DNA of 5,125 nucleotides from a virus (Duplodnaviria; Heunggongvirae; Uroviricota; Caudoviricetes): IMG/VR virus record IMGVR_UViG_2690316166_000021; one strand, 5' to 3'. Shown piece by piece: positions 1 to 5,125 of this stretch (position 1 is its first letter; each line of letters starts with the position of its first letter). The notes under the pieces were generated by a model. It saw only the letters and a program-made list of their open reading frames with translations, ran no database searches and was not told where the DNA came from. The position numbers and the translations under genes were made by a program.

Positions 1-56
1 TCCGCAAGATCTGACGGCGGCGCCGCCCTGACAACATCATAGTGTTTAAATGCCAT
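1..56 (-). CDS. hypothetical protein, N-terminal fragment (continues beyond left edge); begins MAFKHYDVVRAAPPSDLA
   Basis: ATG at 56..54 on minus strand, preceded by Shine-Dalgarno-like GGTGGA (69..64) with 7-nt spacing; frame open to window edge. Only 18 codons visible. Confidence 0.3.
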   Translation of the reverse strand, partial: MAFKHYDVVRAAPPSDLA

Positions 57-150
57 GGTTCTTTCCACCATCTGAAAAATAATTCTACATTCAAAAATAT
101 CATTTATACTTTTCAGAACATCACCAGCAAGGCATAAACAAGGAAACTAA

Positions 151-486
151 ATGAAGTGGATTGTGATTGATACAGTTATCCAGCCATCATGCGGAATATC
201 TTTTTCAGTCATATGGAGTAAAATAAAATTAATAATCTGGTATCAATCGGATGCTTTCTTACCTCCTGAAAGTATATTTACACTGACTCACACAGGCATC
301 ATGCTCAATAACAAAGTGCTACCTGTAACCATTTACAACGTAGTACCATTCAATAAAACATTCTGGAATTCAATCAAAAATAGCCAGGAATGCCCTACAA
401 ATACAGATAACGTATTGAATGAATGCTTTAATAACCGTTGCACTCTGCAAATATGTCCTTATGGACTAAAACAACAAAGTCCATAA
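151..486 (+). CDS. hypothetical protein, 111 aa, in AT-rich island; opposite orientation to the Q/late transcription direction
   Basis: ATG 151 preceded by AAGGA (140..144) with 6-nt spacer; stop TAA 484..486. A 111-codon open frame in visibly AT-rich DNA is unlikely by chance because stop codons are AT-rich. Composition (W/C/N/I-rich) is unusual and no homolog is recognised. Confidence 0.4.
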   Translation: MKWIVIDTVIQPSCGISFSVIWSKIKLIIWYQSDAFLPPESIFTLTHTGIMLNNKVLPVTIYNVVPFNKTFWNSIKNSQECPTNTDNVLNECFNNRCTLQICPYGLKQQSP

Positions 487-516
487 GGAGTTTACTCACA
501 TCTGACAAAATCAATA

Positions 517-540
517 TAAACAGCCCCTCCGGAGAGGGGC
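517..540 (-). terminator. terminator-like hairpin (copy A of repeat): 7-bp GC stem GCCCCUC/GAGGGGC, tetraloop, then interrupted U-rich tail
   Basis: Minus-strand reading of 540..523 gives GCCCCTCTCCGGAGGGGC followed by TGTTTATATTGATTTTG; weaker U-tract than copy B. Confidence 0.35.
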
Positions 541-604
541 TGGAGAGTGGCGCTATGTGCCATTGCATGGTGCCGGGTGCCTCCCGGTGAATTCAGTACC
601 AGCA
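522..604. repeat. 83-bp direct repeat, copy A (identical to 900..982); runs into masked sequence at 605, so true extent unknown
   Basis: Base-by-base comparison of 522..604 with 900..982 shows identity over all 83 bp. Confidence 0.9.
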
Positions 605-833
605 NNNNNNNNNNNNNNNNNNNNNNNNNNNNNNNNNNNNNNNNNNNNNNNNNNNNNNNNNNNNNNNNNNNNNNNNNNNNNNNNNNNNNNNNNNNNNNNN
701 NNNNNNNNNNNNNNNNNNNNNNNNNNNNNNNNNNNNNNNNNNNNNNNNNNNNNNNNNNNNNNNNNNNNNNNNNNNNNNNNNNNNNNNNNNNNNNNNNNNN
801 NNNNNNNNNNNNNNNNNNNNNNNNNNNNNNNNN
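605..833. other. masked/undetermined sequence (229 N); content unknown
   Basis: Run of N characters. Confidence 1.
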
Positions 834-890
834 TATAGCACCCTGACTGATACTGTAGTACCTAAGGTTCCAGAAACTGTGATGTATCCG

Positions 891-918
891 GCACAGAAAA
901 GCCCCTCCGGAGAGGGGC
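891..918 (-). terminator. intrinsic terminator (copy B of repeat): 7-bp GC stem, UCCG tetraloop, UUUUCUGUG tail
   Basis: Minus-strand reading of 918..901 = GCCCCTCTCCGGAGGGGC, immediately followed by TTTTCTGTGC (900..891). Confidence 0.5.
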
Positions 919-989
919 TGGAGAGTGGCGCTATGTGCCATTGCATGGTGCCGGGTGCCTCCCGGTGAATTCAGTACCAGCACCTGAAT
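895..989 (-). ncRNA. candidate ~95-nt structured small RNA (5' stem ATTCAG/CTGAAT, internal hairpins CCGGG-AGGCA-CCCGG and CCAT-GCA-ATGG, 3' intrinsic terminator)
   Basis: Extended -10 motif upstream on minus strand, several stem-loops, and a strong terminator at the 3' end; the last 83 nt are duplicated at 522..604. Purely structural inference; could instead be a duplicated 3' UTR or gene remnant. Confidence 0.25.
900..982. repeat. 83-bp direct repeat, copy B (identical to 522..604)
   Basis: Identical to 522..604 over 83 bp; flanks diverge on both sides (upstream only partly similar; downstream of copy A is masked). Confidence 0.9.
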
Positions 990-994
990 CCGCG

Positions 995-1004
995 ATTATC
1001 CCAT
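995..1004 (-). promoter_or_regulatory. extended -10 promoter motif TGgGATAAT on minus strand (no convincing -35)
   Basis: Minus-strand reading of 1003..995 = TGGGATAAT (TG, one nt, then hexamer GATAAT, 5/6 to TATAAT); predicted start near 989. Confidence 0.25.
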
Positions 1005-1144
1005 ATACCTACTCGCTGATTGCCCCTCCGCACAGGGGGATTCACCATGCCAGTTTCTTTTAACAAACTCCCCGCAAACCAGACAACAGTCAACCGCCTG
1101 AATTGTGAAGTATTTAAAAATTTCTCCCGCTAACTGATACCCGG

Positions 1145-1231
1145 CTAACAGTCTGGCGTTTTCTTTTTCAGCAACGGGAAAGCAACAACCACCACACCCG
1201 CCACCAGCACACCGTCAGCCAGCACTGACAT
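1145..1231 (-). CDS. 28-codon mini-ORF encoding hydrophobic peptide MSVLADGVLVAGVVVVAFPLLKKKTPDC (single predicted TM helix plus basic tail)
   Basis: ATG 1231..1229, stop TAG 1147..1145. No convincing Shine-Dalgarno (only GGA 2 nt from the ATG). May be a chance ORF in G/T-rich sequence. Confidence 0.15.
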   Translation of the reverse strand: MSVLADGVLVAGVVVVAFPLLKKKTPDC

Positions 1232-1311
1232 TATCCGGCTGCTGCAATGCCATTCACAAAAACAGTAAGCAATCACTTTTTACCGTAACAGGTGATAATC
1301 CAGATATGTAT

Positions 1312-1442
1312 CTACCCCAGATGAGTAATCCGAAGTTCATCCATACCACAGGTCCTGGCTATTCTGTTGTACTCCTGAACAAGAGCAAATAATTCTGAAT
1401 TAGCAACCATGAACTCATCGCAAACCCTCTGTATAGCATCAC
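1312..1442 (-). CDS. hypothetical protein, C-terminal fragment (...DAIQRVCDEFMVANSELFALVQEYNRIARTCGMDELRITHLG); 5' part lies in masked region
   Basis: Only minus-strand frame open across the whole visible segment 1442..1315; stop TAG at 1314..1312; same orientation as Q. The other two minus-strand frames contain stops. Confidence 0.45.
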
Positions 1443-3885
1443 NNNNNNNNNNNNNNNNNNNNNNNNNNNNNNNNNNNNNNNNNNNNNNNNNNNNNNNNNN
1501 NNNNNNNNNNNNNNNNNNNNNNNNNNNNNNNNNNNNNNNNNNNNNNNNNNNNNNNNNNNNNNNNNNNNNNNNNNNNNNNNNNNNNNNNNNNNNNNNNNNN
1601 NNNNNNNNNNNNNNNNNNNNNNNNNNNNNNNNNNNNNNNNNNNNNNNNNNNNNNNNNNNNNNNNNNNNNNNNNNNNNNNNNNNNNNNNNNNNNNNNNNNN
1701 NNNNNNNNNNNNNNNNNNNNNNNNNNNNNNNNNNNNNNNNNNNNNNNNNNNNNNNNNNNNNNNNNNNNNNNNNNNNNNNNNNNNNNNNNNNNNNNNNNNN
1801 NNNNNNNNNNNNNNNNNNNNNNNNNNNNNNNNNNNNNNNNNNNNNNNNNNNNNNNNNNNNNNNNNNNNNNNNNNNNNNNNNNNNNNNNNNNNNNNNNNNN
1901 NNNNNNNNNNNNNNNNNNNNNNNNNNNNNNNNNNNNNNNNNNNNNNNNNNNNNNNNNNNNNNNNNNNNNNNNNNNNNNNNNNNNNNNNNNNNNNNNNNNN
2001 NNNNNNNNNNNNNNNNNNNNNNNNNNNNNNNNNNNNNNNNNNNNNNNNNNNNNNNNNNNNNNNNNNNNNNNNNNNNNNNNNNNNNNNNNNNNNNNNNNNN
2101 NNNNNNNNNNNNNNNNNNNNNNNNNNNNNNNNNNNNNNNNNNNNNNNNNNNNNNNNNNNNNNNNNNNNNNNNNNNNNNNNNNNNNNNNNNNNNNNNNNNN
2201 NNNNNNNNNNNNNNNNNNNNNNNNNNNNNNNNNNNNNNNNNNNNNNNNNNNNNNNNNNNNNNNNNNNNNNNNNNNNNNNNNNNNNNNNNNNNNNNNNNNN
2301 NNNNNNNNNNNNNNNNNNNNNNNNNNNNNNNNNNNNNNNNNNNNNNNNNNNNNNNNNNNNNNNNNNNNNNNNNNNNNNNNNNNNNNNNNNNNNNNNNNNN
2401 NNNNNNNNNNNNNNNNNNNNNNNNNNNNNNNNNNNNNNNNNNNNNNNNNNNNNNNNNNNNNNNNNNNNNNNNNNNNNNNNNNNNNNNNNNNNNNNNNNNN
2501 NNNNNNNNNNNNNNNNNNNNNNNNNNNNNNNNNNNNNNNNNNNNNNNNNNNNNNNNNNNNNNNNNNNNNNNNNNNNNNNNNNNNNNNNNNNNNNNNNNNN
2601 NNNNNNNNNNNNNNNNNNNNNNNNNNNNNNNNNNNNNNNNNNNNNNNNNNNNNNNNNNNNNNNNNNNNNNNNNNNNNNNNNNNNNNNNNNNNNNNNNNNN
2701 NNNNNNNNNNNNNNNNNNNNNNNNNNNNNNNNNNNNNNNNNNNNNNNNNNNNNNNNNNNNNNNNNNNNNNNNNNNNNNNNNNNNNNNNNNNNNNNNNNNN
2801 NNNNNNNNNNNNNNNNNNNNNNNNNNNNNNNNNNNNNNNNNNNNNNNNNNNNNNNNNNNNNNNNNNNNNNNNNNNNNNNNNNNNNNNNNNNNNNNNNNNN
2901 NNNNNNNNNNNNNNNNNNNNNNNNNNNNNNNNNNNNNNNNNNNNNNNNNNNNNNNNNNNNNNNNNNNNNNNNNNNNNNNNNNNNNNNNNNNNNNNNNNNN
3001 NNNNNNNNNNNNNNNNNNNNNNNNNNNNNNNNNNNNNNNNNNNNNNNNNNNNNNNNNNNNNNNNNNNNNNNNNNNNNNNNNNNNNNNNNNNNNNNNNNNN
3101 NNNNNNNNNNNNNNNNNNNNNNNNNNNNNNNNNNNNNNNNNNNNNNNNNNNNNNNNNNNNNNNNNNNNNNNNNNNNNNNNNNNNNNNNNNNNNNNNNNNN
3201 NNNNNNNNNNNNNNNNNNNNNNNNNNNNNNNNNNNNNNNNNNNNNNNNNNNNNNNNNNNNNNNNNNNNNNNNNNNNNNNNNNNNNNNNNNNNNNNNNNNN
3301 NNNNNNNNNNNNNNNNNNNNNNNNNNNNNNNNNNNNNNNNNNNNNNNNNNNNNNNNNNNNNNNNNNNNNNNNNNNNNNNNNNNNNNNNNNNNNNNNNNNN
3401 NNNNNNNNNNNNNNNNNNNNNNNNNNNNNNNNNNNNNNNNNNNNNNNNNNNNNNNNNNNNNNNNNNNNNNNNNNNNNNNNNNNNNNNNNNNNNNNNNNNN
3501 NNNNNNNNNNNNNNNNNNNNNNNNNNNNNNNNNNNNNNNNNNNNNNNNNNNNNNNNNNNNNNNNNNNNNNNNNNNNNNNNNNNNNNNNNNNNNNNNNNNN
3601 NNNNNNNNNNNNNNNNNNNNNNNNNNNNNNNNNNNNNNNNNNNNNNNNNNNNNNNNNNNNNNNNNNNNNNNNNNNNNNNNNNNNNNNNNNNNNNNNNNNN
3701 NNNNNNNNNNNNNNNNNNNNNNNNNNNNNNNNNNNNNNNNNNNNNNNNNNNNNNNNNNNNNNNNNNNNNNNNNNNNNNNNNNNNNNNNNNNNNNNNNNNN
3801 NNNNNNNNNNNNNNNNNNNNNNNNNNNNNNNNNNNNNNNNNNNNNNNNNNNNNNNNNNNNNNNNNNNNNNNNNNNNNNNNNNNNN
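1443..3885. other. masked/undetermined sequence (2,443 N); content unknown
   Basis: Run of N characters; the track ORFs 1312..4074(-) and 1409..4120(+) are open only because N translates to X. Confidence 1.
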
Positions 3886-3951
3886 ATTCTGCGCTATCTC
3901 CCCGACTGTCGCCGGTTCGGTAACGCTTAATTCATTAAACACCACTCTGGC

Positions 3952-4051
3952 NNNNNNNNNNNNNNNNNNNNNNNNNNNNNNNNNNNNNNNNNNNNNNNNN
4001 NNNNNNNNNNNNNNNNNNNNNNNNNNNNNNNNNNNNNNNNNNNNNNNNNNN
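3952..4051. other. masked/undetermined sequence (100 N); content unknown
   Basis: Run of N characters. Confidence 1.
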
Positions 4052-4133
4052 ACTCTTGTCGAAAAAGCCAGCAAGCTGAAAGACAGGTATTCACCGCCAC
4101 CAGCGCGTTTACTGTACTGACGCGATTTCAGTC

Positions 4134-4159
4134 ATAAAAAACCCGCTCGGCGGCGGGTT
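4134..4159 (-). terminator. rho-independent terminator, tR'-like (terminates the short PR' transcript; expected to be overridden by Q)
   Basis: Minus-strand reading: AACCCGC-CGCCGA-GCGGGTT followed by TTTTTTAT (stem 4157..4142, U-tract 4141..4136). About 65 nt downstream of the predicted PR' start. Confidence 0.65.
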
Positions 4160-4194
4160 GTAGAAACTCTTCTAACGTCAGGCATAAAACGCCC

Positions 4195-4234
4195 ATCGTT
4201 ATGACGAATTTACCACAGATTCCGGAAAAATCAA
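4195..4234 (-). promoter_or_regulatory. late promoter PR'-like with Q-utilisation region: -35 TTGATT, 16-nt spacer, TGg + -10 TAAATT, then AACGAT -10-like pause element
   Basis: Minus strand just 3' of the Q stop: TTGATT (4234..4229), TTTCCGGAATCTGTGG, TAAATT (4212..4207), CGTCAT, AACGATGGG (4200..4192). From memory, lambda PR' has TAAATT, a 6-nt spacer, then AACGATGGG, the same arrangement. Confidence 0.6.
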
Positions 4235-4239
4235 CCTTG

Positions 4240-5061
4240 TTACCTAGTTACCTTTTTTAACTGCCGCTCAGCCCATGCTTCTTCAATATCAAACCGGGTC
4301 ACCAGCGCATCATAAAATTTCTTAACTGTTTTTTCCCATGACGCGCGTGTTATCTGGTTTGTCACCTCGCATATAGCATTAAATGCCTCCGTTGATGGTA
4401 GTCTTTCATAGCCACGACCACCACAACGCTGGCAGTCTCTGATAACAGGCATACCACGTTTTACCGACTCTTCACGATGAATGGCGACACCACGCCCACG
4501 GCAATCCTTACAGGCGGTGGAAACCTCACCCTTTCCGCCACACTCCGGACAGGCAACTTTTACCACCTCCCTGACTTTTTTCCATTCTTCCCAGTAAGAC
4601 GGATACACACCTTTCGTACACTTTGCCCATACCGGCGGCTTACCATCCGGATACTGGACCTTGTTTGTAAAAACTACGCTTTCAATAAATTTTTCCCCAT
4701 AGCAACAAGGGCACTGCTTTTTACTCGCTGCGCTGCGGGCATAATCCTCAAAAGCGTACGAAGCCATAATGCGCATCACTACCGGTTTTATTTCTGCCGG
4801 AAGTTTTCTCAACGCCGCCACACGATCGCACCGACTGAGTGCATAATCTGCCAGTAATTCTGTTGCCCGCGCCCTGTCATTCATACTGATGCCCATTTTC
4901 CCCAGGAACGCAGAAAACCCCATCTCAGCCCGATTCTGTGTCATGCCCTGCGCGGCCATCACATCAGTGATACTCAGCGCATCTTTTGACGTTGAGGCCG
5001 ATGCATCGGTCAGGCAAGGGGATTTTGGGGAGTAGTATTTCGGTAAATCTTCCAGTTTCAT
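4240..5061 (-). CDS. Q: late-gene antitermination protein Q, lambda-Q family, 273 aa, with Cys-rich insertion
   Basis: Translation MKLEDLPKYYSPKSP...ITDVMAAQGM...FYDALV...KKVTR aligns, from memory, with lambda Q (MRLESVAKFHSPKSP...GTDVMAAMGM...LYDALV...NAVTR), including the CxxC...CxxCGGxGY zinc-binding region (CKDC...CQRCGGRGY). Correct genomic context: PR'-like promoter and terminator immediately downstream. Confidence 0.9.
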   Translation of the reverse strand: MKLEDLPKYYSPKSPCLTDASASTSKDALSITDVMAAQGMTQNRAEMGFSAFLGKMGISMNDRARATELLADYALSRCDRVAALRKLPAEIKPVVMRIMASYAFEDYARSAASKKQCPCCYGEKFIESVVFTNKVQYPDGKPPVWAKCTKGVYPSYWEEWKKVREVVKVACPECGGKGEVSTACKDCRGRGVAIHREESVKRGMPVIRDCQRCGGRGYERLPSTEAFNAICEVTNQITRASWEKTVKKFYDALVTRFDIEEAWAERQLKKVTR

Positions 5062-5125
5062 TTTTTGACCTGCTCTTCATGCATTATGGGGTAAATCTTC
5101 ACCCCCAGACGTCCACCAGATACTG
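5058..5125 (-). CDS. hypothetical protein, C-terminal fragment (...SGGRLGVKIYPIMHEEQVKK), stop overlapping the Q start (ATGA)
   Basis: Minus-strand frame open from the window edge to TGA at 5060..5058, which overlaps the Q ATG (5061..5059), an arrangement typical of translational coupling. Only 21 codons visible. Confidence 0.3.
   Translation of the reverse strand, partial: VSGGRLGVKIYPIMHEEQVKK

Noticed and set aside
11-32. Possible cos-like site: CTGAC-GGCGGCGCCGCC-CTGAC, with a perfect 12-bp GC palindrome
   Set aside because: Only loose resemblance to the lambda cohesive-end sequence GGGCGGCGACCT; it lies inside an apparently coding frame and no flanking terminase-binding repeats are visible. 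Cannot be supported without sequence to the left.
485-490. Perfect Shine-Dalgarno AAGGAG on the plus strand
   Set aside because: No ATG, GTG or TTG within 5-12 nt downstream; it sits right after the stop of the 151..486 ORF, so probably coincidental.
522-982. CRISPR array
   Set aside because: Only two repeat copies, 83 bp each and 295 bp apart; far from CRISPR geometry (about 28-37 bp repeats with similar-length spacers in longer arrays).
492-983. Track ORFs 492..983 (-), 547..846 (+), 557..838 (+), 593..946 (-)
   Set aside because: All span the 229-N mask and their visible ends lie inside the 83-bp repeat, so the same flanking peptide appears twice; no independent coding evidence.
971-1048. 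Minus-strand 25-codon ORF (MVNPPVRRGNQRVGIWDNRGFRCWY) ending inside repeat copy B
   Set aside because: Could be a remnant of a gene whose intact copy ends in copy A (masked), but alone it has no ribosome-binding site or conservation evidence.
1047-1133. Plus-strand 28-codon ORF (MPVSFNKLPANQTTVNRLNCEVFKNFSR) with upstream GGGGGA
   Set aside because: Short, no recognisable features, opposite to local minus-strand signals, and overlaps the diverged hairpin; insufficient evidence.
1443-3885. Shiga toxin (stxAB) or another specific cargo in the masked block
   Set aside because: Position is compatible with a toxin-phage layout, but there is no sequence evidence; this Q is lambda/QuuQ-like, which does not by itself indicate a toxin phage.
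1312-4120. Very long ORFs in the track: 1312..4074 (-), 920 aa, and 1409..4120 (+), 903 aa
   Set aside because: They are open only because N translates to X. Only the visible ends carry information; the minus-strand C-terminus 1312..1442 is kept as a fragment, while the plus-strand MNSSQTLCIAS start is antisense to it and unsupported.
4477-4857. Plus-strand ORF of 126 aa
   Set aside because: Lies entirely antisense within the well-supported Q gene; typical shadow ORF.
1-5125. tRNA genes in visible sequence
   Set aside because: No segment of visible sequence shows a cloverleaf with acceptor stem and T-arm consensus; the 100-bp and 229-bp masks are tRNA-compatible in size but unknowable.

Overview
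Lambdoid (lambda-like) prophage late-regulatory region, but 2,772 of 5,125 bp are masked as N (605-833, 1443-3885, 3952-4051), so no feature can be called there. The one solid call is a lambda-family antiterminator Q gene on the minus strand (4240-5061), followed by a PR'-like late promoter whose -10 (TAAATT) and initial transcribed motif (AACGATGGG) match lambda PR' as I recall it, and a strong intrinsic terminator (tR'-like, 4134-4159). Q carries a roughly 65-70 aa Cys-rich insertion relative to lambda Q. The masked block sits exactly in the slot between tR' and the downstream late genes where lambdoid phages carry cargo, so any novel system is most likely hidden there and I cannot describe it. 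In the visible left third there is a perfect 83-bp direct repeat (522-604, 900-982), each copy ending in a GC-rich minus-strand terminator hairpin; copy B is preceded by an extended -10 motif, giving a candidate ~95-nt structured small RNA. Also visible are a minus-strand gene C-terminus (1312-1442), a 28-codon hydrophobic mini-ORF, an AT-rich island with a plus-strand 111-aa ORF, and a minus-strand gene start at the left edge. The long ORFs in the supplied track that span N runs are masking artefacts. All identifications are from reading the sequence and from memory of lambda; nothing was searched.
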